Below, piece after piece: positions 17,540-25,888 of a stretch of 28,763 nucleotides of DNA (the stretch's first letter is position 1; each line of letters opens with the position of its first letter). A program made the position numbers and the translations under genes. The stretch is from Promethearchaeota archaeon. GTDB taxonomy: Archaea; Asgardarchaeota; Thorarchaeia; Thorarchaeales; Thorarchaeaceae. The notes below the pieces were generated by a model, which worked only from the letters and a program-made list of their open reading frames with translations, searched no databases and was not told the origin of the DNA. The stretch covers positions 1 to 28,763 of the forward strand of contig JBHLOD010000001.1 in NCBI GenBank assembly GCA_048940825.1. Reading direction: 5' to 3'.

Positions 17540-18256
17540 CTATCTCTCCATGGCAGGTTGTATTCCCTCAACATCATTCTCGAAGTCCTCTGGAGGCGGC
17601 GGAGATAACATCTTGACCCAGATAACCTGCTCTTTATCCATCCAGATGTCAATGAATGCTCTTGCAAAGAGATGAAGCAGAGCAAAGAAGACCCGCACAA
17701 TCTCTCTCCTGGTATTGTTCATGAGAATGTCTATGAATCTCATAGTTTCATCTATCTTCATGATCTTGGAGAGGTCATCATACACCTCCGCAATATTCTC
17801 CTCCACATCAGCTCGTGTCGTTTCAACTTGGAAGGCCAACGGGTCTGCCCTGCTACGATACCTCCTCCTTCTTGGAGTAGGACGGCTGCGAACACCTTTG
17901 CTAAGCACTCGGTCCATTGCTATCAGCAACTCTTCGAGTGTCACGCGCTGGTTGCTGATTCTGAATGGCGGACGAATCAATGGAATGACGAGGTCTTCCT
18001 CCTCATCTTCCTCAGGTGGGAGGATTCCCAATTCGATTAGCTCTCGAGTCTTCTTCATGAATATGACAGAGGCAGAGTATAGCGCACTTCCCGACACTCT
18101 GAAGTCGATATCCCCCAACCGCTTCATTTCGAGAAGGAATCCTGACACGAGCTTCCCAATGTCTACATTCCAAGGTTTGATTTTGTCTAGCTGAAGCACA
18201 TCTGTGAGAAGAATATATGGTGGAGCGGCCCAGAAGGGTATGTCATCATCGCTCAT
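17540..18256 (-). CDS. scpA: Segregation and condensation protein A (kleisin)
   Basis: 'I.PWNVDI..L...FL', 'DFRVSG.AL..AS..F.KK', 'R.VTLEELL.A', C-terminal 'V..FFALLHL.....I'. Its ATG overlaps the smc stop (ATGA). Confidence 0.9.
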   Translation of the reverse strand: MSDDDIPFWAAPPYILLTDVLQLDKIKPWNVDIGKLVSGFLLEMKRLGDIDFRVSGSALYSASVIFMKKTRELIELGILPPEEDEEEDLVIPLIRPPFRISNQRVTLEELLIAMDRVLSKGVRSRPTPRRRRYRSRADPLAFQVETTRADVEENIAEVYDDLSKIMKIDETMRFIDILMNNTRREIVRVFFALLHLFARAFIDIWMDKEQVIWVKMLSPPPPEDFENDVEGIQPAMER

Positions 18257-21200
18257 GCGGTCGCTGCCACCTCCTCTAGGTCCACAGACACAATTCTCGA
18301 AATACCATCTTGATTAGACACACCAATCAATAGATCCGCCTTTCGTACGGTAGTGTCTCTCAATGATACCACTATGAACTGCGATGATTTAGACATCTCA
18401 GAAATCAAGTTCGCAACATTGTGAGCATTGACATCGTCCAAGGCAGCATCGATCTCGTCAAAGACATAGAAGCTTGCAGGGCTGTACATCTGGACCGCGA
18501 AGATGAGTGCCAGACCAGTCAGAGTTTTCTCTCCACCGCTCATTGCATCCAAGGTCACGAGTTCCTTTCCCTGCGGCTTGGATCTGACAGTGATTCCACC
18601 CATTAGTGGATGCTCGGGGTTCTCCAGCATCAAGGTGGCCTCTCCGCCGGGAGAGAGCTTAGCAAACACCGTGGCAAAGTTGTCTGCGATATCGTTGTAG
18701 ACTTGGAGGAATTTGCGAGTCTTCTCAGCCTCAATCTCCTCCATGAACTCGATTATCTCCTTGTGTTCCTCTTCCAATCGAGTCTTCTTGTCGACAATCT
18801 CGTCGTACCTTTCTCTTTCAAGGTCATAGTCAGTCAACGCCTTGAGATTGACGGGGCCAAGTACCTCAAGCTCCCTCTCAAAGCCCTTGATCCTATCGTC
18901 AAAAGCATCAATTTCCTTGTAGGTGAGTTCTCTTTCCTTCGCCCTCTTGGCCAGCTCCTCGTTCGAGTCAGACATTTCGTTCAGCTCTGCAGTGAGCCCC
19001 ACAATATCAGTTTCGAGTCGTGATAGTTCAGTCTGTAGGCGATATACGGCCTTCTCGTTTCCGGTCTGCTCTTCTCTTATTTCCTCATGGCGCAATCTGA
19101 GATTCCGGAGCTTCTCTTTCAGTTCAAGCTGATGTACGCGCTTATCCTTCACTGCATCCTCAATCTTCTCTCTCTCAGCCTTGAGCTTGAGAAAGTCCTT
19201 CTCTTTCGTTGCCAGCTGTTCCTCAAGGAGTTTCACTTCTTCCTCTTGGCTTGGCATTACGGCGTTGAGTGACTCCAGACGATGTTCAAGCTCCACGAGC
19301 TTTGGCTTTAGTCTCTCGTCGATTGCCACCTTGAGAGAGGTCATCTCTCCCGTGAGAGCTTCACGCTCCTTATTGTGGTGTTTTAGCACTTCTTTCAAGT
19401 CTTTCAGGTACTGGCTCATCTTGGCTGTGTCTGATTTTGCTAGAGCCTCGTTGGCATCGTCGCGTTGCTCTCTCACCGTTTCTCTGTGCGCAGTGAGCTC
19501 TTCATCTCTTTCCCTCAAGCTCTCAATCTGGCTCTCCAGTTCACCTGTTGTAAGCTGTGCCTTACTGATCTTGTCCTTCAACAGGTTGATTCTGTTCTCC
19601 TTCTCTTCGAGTCGTTCCTCAAGGCTCTCTAGCTCCAGTCCTGCTCGATAATTACTCTTGGAGAGGTCTTGAATCTCTAGGTCCAGCTTGCCCTTGTCGG
19701 CGCGGAGTTGTTCCTGCTGTGCAGTAAGTCCAGATAGTATCTCCTCCAAGCCTCTGAGTTTCTTCTCAATCTCAGGACTTGTGTCTTCAACCTGAAGCGA
19801 AAGTCCCGTTGTTCCTCTATAGTAGTGTCCACCCGTGATTAGTCCGGATCTCTCGACTAGATCGCCCTCCAGAGATACTGATCTGAATCCCTTGAACCCC
19901 ATCGCCTTGGCAGTTTCGAAGTCCTCTGTGACTAGTGTGTCTGAGAACACGAACTCGAATGCCGGACGCATCTTGGAGTCAAAGGTGACAAGGTCTATTG
20001 CTAGTCCTATCACTCCCCTACCACTAGGCACCTTCTTGGGTCGTTTTGTGCTAATCTTGTTGAGTGGGATGAAGGAGGCGCGTCCAACTTTCTCAATCTT
20101 GAGGACATTCACGCATTTCGTAGCAACATCATCGTCGTCCACAACGATGTGAGAGAGTCTGTTGCCTCCAGCAATCTCCATTGCTACCGCGTACTCGGGG
20201 TCAATCTTCCCGAGCTCCGCCACTGTGCCATAGATTCCCTCAATTGTCCCCGTGTCGCGTAGTTCCAGGACCCTGCCAATGGCGCGTCTTCTCTTCAAGA
20301 ATGCCTCTTCCGCCTCTCTTAGGGCATCCTGCCTTGCCTGAACGCGAATCAACTCCTCTCTTGTGTCTTTCACAATCTTGGTTGACTCCAACACCTCCGC
20401 ATCCACAGTCTTCAGTCGACTCTCAATTGCTTCGACTTCTGTTCGCTTGCCCTTCTCAAGTTCCTCAGATTCCTGGAGTTTCCCTCTTCTTGCAGGAATG
20501 ACTTCTTGAAGGCCTGAAACCTCTTCCTCTGTCTTGGCGAGCAGTTCGTTCGAATCACGCAACTCCTCGTAAATCATTCCGAGTTCCTTGCCATCGGTCT
20601 TGATTGCCGAACGAACTTCAGAAACTCCCTCGTCGAGTGACCTCATCTGGTTGTTGAGATCCTGCAGTCGCTGGGTCAATTCGAAAGTATCAGCCTGCTC
20701 TTTCTCAATTCGTTCCTCAAGAGCAGTCATCTTGTTCTTGCAGCTTTCAATCTCACCATCCAGTCTGATGAGCTCCTGCTCCTTCTCATCCATCAGGGAG
20801 TCCGATCCACTGACCTGTTCCTGAATCGATTGAATCTCTATCTCAATTGACTCTCTTTCTCCGGCACTCTTCTCAAGCTCGACTCTTGCTCGTTCAAGGT
20901 TGCTGTTTGCATGATCCACAGCGGCCGAAATGATTCCATACTGCTCCGAGATTCTAGCAGAGTCTCCGCCTGTTATCTGATCAATCTCGGTGTCTATTTC
21001 CTCAATCTCCCCATCTGTAGTTTCAGTTGCCTGCTCCACCTCTACAAGCTCTCTGCTCAGCTGCTCCGCTTCTTCTGCTCTCTCCGCTAGGGTCTCGTGA
21101 ATGGTTTCGATTCTACTTCTTCCCTTTATTGCACGCCATGCCACACTATCAATCCGAATCTGCTTTATCTGATCATGAAGCTTCTGATAGCGAATCGCAT

Positions 21201-21843
21201 CCCCTCTCTCCTCTTCAAGCTTCTCGAGCTGGCGACGTCTTTCCTGGAGCTGCATATCTACCTTACCGAGGTTGGTTTCACTCTCTGCCAACTTCTTCAT
21301 GGCACGCTCTTTCTGCTCGTCATATGCAGAAATCCCTGCTATGTCTTCAATCAGTTTACGACGATCGCTGGGACTTACCTTTACTATCTGCGCTATCTCC
21401 CCCTGAAGAACCAGATTGTAGCCATTTGGGTCCACTCCAATCGCTCCAAGCACATCTAGAACGGCAGTCCTAGTTACAACCTTGCCGTTGATGCGGCACG
21501 TTGACTTCCCATTGTCGTCCAGTTCTCTCTCTATGACGACTCTATCTGCGTCTATCTGCAATTCTCTATCTCTATTGTCAAAATGAATCTCAACGTGTGC
21601 AGACTTGGCCTTGGGCGGCATGTCTGGTTTTGGGGGAGAATAGAGAAGATCTGAGAACACATTTGCTCTGAGTGTCTTTGCACTGAGCTGCCCGAGCACG
21701 AAGAGAACTGCATCAACAACATTGGACTTGCCCGAACCATTAGGGCCAACTATGCATGTGAAGCCAGGATTCAGTCTGATTGTGACATTGTCTCGGCCGA
21801 ATGACTTGAAGCCCTTACACACAAGCTTGTCAATGTGGACCAA
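18253..21843 (-). CDS. smc: Chromosome segregation protein SMC (condensin-type)
   Basis: Walker A 'GPNGSGKSN', Q-loop 'LQG', coiled coils, hinge 'G.YG.V.ELG...GG.RL..IVV' and 'G.L....GLITGG', signature 'MSGGEK', Walker B/D-loop 'FDEIDAALD'. Confidence 0.98.
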   Translation of the reverse strand: MVHIDKLVCKGFKSFGRDNVTIRLNPGFTCIVGPNGSGKSNVVDAVLFVLGQLSAKTLRANVFSDLLYSPPKPDMPPKAKSAHVEIHFDNRDRELQIDADRVVIERELDDNGKSTCRINGKVVTRTAVLDVLGAIGVDPNGYNLVLQGEIAQIVKVSPSDRRKLIEDIAGISAYDEQKERAMKKLAESETNLGKVDMQLQERRRQLEKLEEERGDAIRYQKLHDQIKQIRIDSVAWRAIKGRSRIETIHETLAERAEEAEQLSRELVEVEQATETTDGEIEEIDTEIDQITGGDSARISEQYGIISAAVDHANSNLERARVELEKSAGERESIEIEIQSIQEQVSGSDSLMDEKEQELIRLDGEIESCKNKMTALEERIEKEQADTFELTQRLQDLNNQMRSLDEGVSEVRSAIKTDGKELGMIYEELRDSNELLAKTEEEVSGLQEVIPARRGKLQESEELEKGKRTEVEAIESRLKTVDAEVLESTKIVKDTREELIRVQARQDALREAEEAFLKRRRAIGRVLELRDTGTIEGIYGTVAELGKIDPEYAVAMEIAGGNRLSHIVVDDDDVATKCVNVLKIEKVGRASFIPLNKISTKRPKKVPSGRGVIGLAIDLVTFDSKMRPAFEFVFSDTLVTEDFETAKAMGFKGFRSVSLEGDLVERSGLITGGHYYRGTTGLSLQVEDTSPEIEKKLRGLEEILSGLTAQQEQLRADKGKLDLEIQDLSKSNYRAGLELESLEERLEEKENRINLLKDKISKAQLTTGELESQIESLRERDEELTAHRETVREQRDDANEALAKSDTAKMSQYLKDLKEVLKHHNKEREALTGEMTSLKVAIDERLKPKLVELEHRLESLNAVMPSQEEEVKLLEEQLATKEKDFLKLKAEREKIEDAVKDKRVHQLELKEKLRNLRLRHEEIREEQTGNEKAVYRLQTELSRLETDIVGLTAELNEMSDSNEELAKRAKERELTYKEIDAFDDRIKGFERELEVLGPVNLKALTDYDLERERYDEIVDKKTRLEEEHKEIIEFMEEIEAEKTRKFLQVYNDIADNFATVFAKLSPGGEATLMLENPEHPLMGGITVRSKPQGKELVTLDAMSGGEKTLTGLALIFAVQMYSPASFYVFDEIDAALDDVNAHNVANLISEMSKSSQFIVVSLRDTTVRKADLLIGVSNQDGISRIVSVDLEEVAATA

Positions 21844-22001
21844 GACGCTCCCTTCCCGGCTCTGTATATATGTTACATATGAGGCGTGTCGATTGTAACC
21901 TCTCGATACTACGGTGGCCTAAATACGCTTGGTACTACCTTGGTAATACCCAGAGCATATTCAGATATGCCGCAGTGTATCTTCGACTAACCGGGGTTCG
22001 C

Positions 22002-22008
22002 AAAAAAA
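22002..22008 (-). terminator. Oligo-T (T7) archaeal-type terminator
   Basis: A7 on the + strand equals TTTTTTT on the - strand, about 30 nt downstream of the stop of 22039..22404. Confidence 0.5.
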
Positions 22009-22038
22009 GGTAACTCTGCGTACGACTAGTGTTGGAGG

Positions 22039-22404
22039 CTAGCCTATCATCGACACCAAGGCACGCTTAAGAGCCATCCTGACAAGCCCCATCGACTCGC
22101 GTGCACCCTCTCCTGCAATCCCCGCCAACACAAGTTTCACGTCGCCTAGGATTGCTATGAAGCCATTGTCAGTGGCAATTGTGACTTCCTTCAACCCTCC
22201 CTTGTCAAGTCCGCTTGCAAGCTGAGATGAATTGGCTGCAATCTTGACAGAAAGATCAGCTATGTCGGAGTGTTTGATTCCCCCAGTTATGGTATGACCG
22301 AAGATCACTTTCCCTTTCGCATCACAGACCACGATGCCTTGTAAGTCCTCATTCGCTGCCATTGTATCGGCAATAACCTGCTCAATCTTCTTCTGATCAA
22401 CCAC
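22039..22404 (-). CDS. Roadblock/LC7 domain protein (divergent)
   Basis: 'GIVVCDAKGKVI', 'L.KGGLKEVTI.T.NG.I', 'MGLVRMALKRA'. GTG start at 22404, 9 nt after GGAGG (the track starts at 22434). Confidence 0.8.
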   Translation of the reverse strand: MVDQKKIEQVIADTMAANEDLQGIVVCDAKGKVIFGHTITGGIKHSDIADLSVKIAANSSQLASGLDKGGLKEVTIATDNGFIAILGDVKLVLAGIAGEGARESMGLVRMALKRALVSMIG

Positions 22405-22577
22405 TTGATACATCCTCCGGGGATGAACTTGCACGCTATCAGACGTTTGAAGATGTCGTGTTTATATCTTATGTGTTAGTACTTTGTCCGATTTGCAGCT
22501 CCATGAGAGCACAACCGTAGCTGAGTTTTTATCCACAAAAGTGAACCATGGCCCAAGACTTTTGGAGTCGGTTATGA

Positions 22578-24209
22578 ATGCCTATGCTAAGAACTAGTTC
22601 GGAGGCTTTTCCGGCCTCCAAGAAGGTCCTTGGTGACCTTCCGTACGTCTTGCGTGTCGAGTTTGGAGACTTAGCACGCGACGTAACCAAGATTGTCGGC
22701 AAGCCCATAGCTTGCCAAAAATGCAATGGCTTTCTTCTAAGTGTAGATCAGATAAAGGACGACGACAAGGTTGGAAAACACTTCGTCTGTCCTTTCTGCG
22801 GAACACTGAACGTTATAGAAGGCGAGATTGTAGTAGCAGGTGATGACACGGACTTCGTTGTCGAAACGCCGCCCGAGAGGACCGAGGCCGACACGGACAT
22901 CATCTCGGTAGGAGGTAGGTCCTTCTTAGGACTGATTGATGTTTCTGGGTCGATGGCTGGGGCGAATCTTGCTGCGGTGAAGCGCAGTCTGAACACGTCT
23001 ATCGACAGCTTGGCCGCCAACGCACCCGACACTATGTTTGGGCTCATAGAGTTCGAGAGCTCAGTCCTGTGCAGGAATCTCGAAACCGGCGAACCCGTAG
23101 AACTCCCTCGAGAGTCTTTCATGAGCTTCGACAACATCACGGATGCAACCAAGCTTCTATTGGACCAGATTAAGCTAGTTCAGGTCGGTGAGAATGCTGA
23201 TAATCTGAAGAAACATGTCTCAGCCCTTAGAGACCAAGGAGGAACAGCTCTTGGTCCTGCTGCTGCCATGGCATATGTGATTGCCAAGCACAGGAATGTC
23301 GGTCGTATAGTGCTGCTCACAGATGGACTTGCGAATGAGGGAATTGGCGCCCTTGAAGGCTACCAGGTCACTCCTGCGGGCAGTTTCTATGAAGACCTTG
23401 GGGACAAGTTCAGGGAGCTCGGTGCTGCCGTTGACGTTGTCGGTATCGCCTCTGGTGCTGGAATGGAACTCAAGACCTTGGGTCTAATGCCTGAGGCCAC
23501 AGGAGGCACAATGTATTACGTCACACCCAATGAGCTTGATAGGAGTCTTTCTGAGCTTGCCGGAGCTGAACTACTGGGTCGTGATGTTGAGGTGAAGCTC
23601 ATCACACCCGCTGGCGTGCGCCTTAAGGATGCTTCAGGAGCCTCTAGAGCCGTACTTGACGAGCTGAGGAAGAAGGGCGGTGGCAAGATTGGGGTGGTAG
23701 GAGAAGACCACGAGCTCTACTTCGAGATTGAACCCGAGAAGAAAATCAAGGATGAAGAGGTTCCAATCCAAGTTCAGGTGGCCTATACTGATGAGGAAGG
23801 TGCCCGAAGAGTCCGTGCCGTCACGACAAAGCTGCGCGTGTCTGAGAAGGAGGACGAGATCATGAAGACCCTCGACCCAACCGTGGGTGCAACCTTTGTC
23901 ACGCAGAAGGCTGGCGAGGACGCAATCAGGGGTGAGAGATCCAAGGGCAAGAAACGCCTCGAGTCCTTCCGTTCTGCTATGAAGGCACGAACGAAGGCCG
24001 CACCTAAGGCCGTAAAGACAATGCTGGAGAAGGCCGACCGTGTTCTAGAAAGAGAGGAGGAGGAACTCGAGATTCAGGAGGCGCGAATGGCAGCCGCACC
24101 CGCAAGAGGTGCAGCCCCGTCTGCCGCCGCTGACATGTCTGCCGTAGAGAATCTAGCGCAGATGAAGAGGAGTTCGAAGAAGATCTTTGATGACGAAGAT
24201 GAAGAGTAG
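22578..24209 (+). CDS. Sec23/Sec24-like protein: zinc finger + vWA trunk + beta-sandwich + partial helical domain
   Basis: 'PIACQKC...FVCPFCGTLN' zinc finger; 'LIDVSGSM', 'GGTALGPA', 'IVLLTDGLANEGIGAL', 'FYEDLG....G.AVDV', 'TGGTMYY'; beta-sandwich 'IQVQVAYTDEEGARRVRAVT'; 'LDPTVGATFVTQKA' resembles the start of the Sec23 helical domain. Confidence 0.8.
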   Translation: MPMLRTSSEAFPASKKVLGDLPYVLRVEFGDLARDVTKIVGKPIACQKCNGFLLSVDQIKDDDKVGKHFVCPFCGTLNVIEGEIVVAGDDTDFVVETPPERTEADTDIISVGGRSFLGLIDVSGSMAGANLAAVKRSLNTSIDSLAANAPDTMFGLIEFESSVLCRNLETGEPVELPRESFMSFDNITDATKLLLDQIKLVQVGENADNLKKHVSALRDQGGTALGPAAAMAYVIAKHRNVGRIVLLTDGLANEGIGALEGYQVTPAGSFYEDLGDKFRELGAAVDVVGIASGAGMELKTLGLMPEATGGTMYYVTPNELDRSLSELAGAELLGRDVEVKLITPAGVRLKDASGASRAVLDELRKKGGGKIGVVGEDHELYFEIEPEKKIKDEEVPIQVQVAYTDEEGARRVRAVTTKLRVSEKEDEIMKTLDPTVGATFVTQKAGEDAIRGERSKGKKRLESFRSAMKARTKAAPKAVKTMLEKADRVLEREEEELEIQEARMAAAPARGAAPSAAADMSAVENLAQMKRSSKKIFDDEDEE

Positions 24210-24218
24210 TCACACGCA

Positions 24219-24256
24219 TGAGTGACGCTGACCAACCTCGCGTCACTCAGTTTTTT
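24219..24256 (+). terminator. Stem-loop plus T-tract terminator after the Sec23/24-like gene
   Basis: TGAGTGACGC (24219-28), 11-nt loop, GCGTCACTCA (24240-49), then GTTTTTT. The perfect 10-bp stem begins 9 nt after the stop codon. Confidence 0.7.
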
Positions 24257-24394
24257 CTGAACCTCGGCGTGGAATGCGCAACCTTTTGCGCAAACGAGCT
24301 ATTTTGAGACGAGAACATCATCAATAGTCTAAAATACCCAACTGCGGCGTTAGGAGTTGTCAAATGCAGATTTGACTGCAGCGGAGATTCTATA

Positions 24395-24685
24395 TTGATA
24401 AGCCAAGAGCGCCTCAAGAGCATCATCGACCGACTCAAAGCACAGGACGGTGTCCGTGGAGTCGTTGTGACTACCATGGAGGGCTTGCCCCTGAGTAGCG
24501 ATCTTGACCAAGAAACCACCGAGAATGTCGCTGCAATCATAACCTCTCTTGTGGGAAAGGCACTGGACACGGTGCGACTCCTACGGGAGGGTGCGCTGTC
24601 CTTCCTCACGCTGGACACAACACAAGGTCAAATAAACATCGCACCGGAAGAACAAGAGGGCCTGATATTAGTGGTCCTCAAGTAG
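24395..24685 (+). CDS. Roadblock/LC7 protein, dynein light chain roadblock (DYNLRB)-like
   Basis: 96 aa: 'RLKAQDGVRGVVV..MEGLPLSS.LD..TT', 'KALDTVR', 'LSFL', 'I.IAPE'. Lacks the last helix of MglB-type roadblocks. TTG start after GGAG. Confidence 0.85.
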   Translation: MISQERLKSIIDRLKAQDGVRGVVVTTMEGLPLSSDLDQETTENVAAIITSLVGKALDTVRLLREGALSFLTLDTTQGQINIAPEEQEGLILVVLK

Positions 24686-24709
24686 AACTACTGTTAAGGG
24701 GTTGTAACC

Positions 24710-25180
24710 ATGAGTGATCCAAAAGCGTTCGACAAGATCCTCACCGACATCATACGCCAGGACAAACACATCAAGAAGGTAATCCTGGTAGACAAGACTG
24801 GCTTGACCATAGCCAATGTAAGCAAGCTCTCGTATTATCCTGTGGATGTTGATTCCATCGGCGCGATTGCAAGCGCAGTGTTCTGTGCCAGTGAGGAGCA
24901 GGGCAAGAACCTCCAGATTGGTGAGCTGGAGATTGTGACCTCTGAGTTTTCAGAGGGTAAGATATTCGCTTCCGCCTGTGGGAAGGGCGTGCTCTGTGTC
25001 GTATCTGACCCTGAGGTCAACATCGGTATGGTCCGCCTGGTCATGAAGAAGCAGGGCGTACAACTTGCCGACGAGCTAGACAAGTTCTTGGCAGTGGAGC
25101 CTCTCACTCCCTCTGACAAGGACAAGGAGATTGACGAGGAAGATCTCAAGTCTGCCCTGGCAGAGCTTGAAAGAGTGTAG
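24710..25180 (+). CDS. mglB: MglB-like roadblock GTPase regulator with C-terminal acidic helix
   Basis: 'VILVDKTG', 'NIGMVRLVMKK' and C-terminal 'EIDEEDLKSAL' parallel Myxococcus MglB as I recall it ('VFLVDKNG', 'SLGLVRLRIKK', 'EMSDDDIDNLF'). Directly upstream of the MglA-like GTPase. Confidence 0.75.
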   Translation: MSDPKAFDKILTDIIRQDKHIKKVILVDKTGLTIANVSKLSYYPVDVDSIGAIASAVFCASEEQGKNLQIGELEIVTSEFSEGKIFASACGKGVLCVVSDPEVNIGMVRLVMKKQGVQLADELDKFLAVEPLTPSDKDKEIDEEDLKSALAELERV

Positions 25181-25324
25181 TTCGGGCACAAGTTTCCCCA
25201 ATGAGCCTCAATTGTGCCACAAAGGCTTTTATGAGACCACACTTTTAACACATCCACCCCCGAAGCAGGGCCTCTGGCTAGGGACCGGAAGAGCAGAAGC
25301 AGCGACGTACTGAGGTGAACAGCG

Positions 25325-25888
25325 ATTCGTAAAGACGACAAAGGGCGCATCCATCTGAAGTTGGTCTTCTATGGACCGTCTCTTGGAGGTAAGACGACTG
25401 CACTCCGATGGCTCTACGGGAAGGTCGAGGGGCTTCAGAAGGGCGAGTTCACTGCAATTGAGGATGAGACCAACCGCACGCTCTTCTTCGACTATGTACC
25501 GATGAGCGCAGGAGGGCGCGTTCTGTTTGACGTCTTCACGGTGGCAGGTCAGAAACGTCACCGACACCAGAGGAAGGTTGTACTTCAGGGGACTGATGGA
25601 ATACTGTTTGTCGCAGACTCATCACCTGATCAGAGAGATGAGAACACTGAGAGCTTCGAGGAGCTGAAGTTGTTCCTGGGCGACGCGTTGGGTCGTGAGA
25701 TTCCCATTGTCGTCATGTTGAACAAGCGTGACCTACCGAACAGGATGTCGCGCGATGAGATGCTCGACCTGCTTGGTCTTGGTGGGAATGTGCCAATCTA
25801 CGAGACCATCGCAGTCCAGGGCGTAGGAGTTAAGAGGGCGTTCCAAGCCATAGCGCGAGAAGTTATCTTGAAGAGAATGTACAAGTGA
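25325..25888 (+). CDS. mglA: MglA-type small GTPase (Ras superfamily)
   Basis: G1 'GPSLGGKTT', switch I 'NRTLFFDY' (intrinsic Arg), G3 variant 'TVAGQ', 'DGILFVADS', G4 'NKRD'. The track start at 25361 truncates beta-1. I propose ATT at 25325, 6 nt after GAGGTGA. Confidence 0.85.
   Translation: MRKDDKGRIHLKLVFYGPSLGGKTTALRWLYGKVEGLQKGEFTAIEDETNRTLFFDYVPMSAGGRVLFDVFTVAGQKRHRHQRKVVLQGTDGILFVADSSPDQRDENTESFEELKLFLGDALGREIPIVVMLNKRDLPNRMSRDEMLDLLGLGGNVPIYETIAVQGVGVKRAFQAIAREVILKRMYK

Noticed and set aside
17537-17542. The scpA TAG is immediately followed in frame by scpB GTG/ATG (readthrough fusion)
   Set aside because: Explained by the stop overlapping scpB's AGGTGA SD. A 1:1 fusion would not fit the ScpA:ScpB2 stoichiometry.
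14235-21843. HEAT protein as a HAWK-like subunit of the nearby SMC complex
   Set aside because: It has only about 3 repeats (HAWKs are very large) and is separated from the operon by three unrelated genes. Proximity alone is not evidence.
18253-21843. Repetitive-looking ctc/ttc-rich DNA through smc
   Set aside because: This reflects Glu/Lys/Leu-rich coiled-coil codons, not a DNA repeat or array.
21844-22038. Possible ncRNA/tRNA in the smc-roadblock intergenic region (GGTTCG motif, GCATAT-tcag-ATATGC hairpin)
   Set aside because: No cloverleaf can be formed. The short hairpin is within chance expectation, and the region is explained by a promoter (TATATAT) and a terminator.
25232-25318. In-frame TGA upstream of the GTPase as selenocysteine readthrough
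   Set aside because: Upstream lies another TGA and no convincing start or domain. The TGA is part of the SD (GAGGTGA), and I saw no SECIS-like element.
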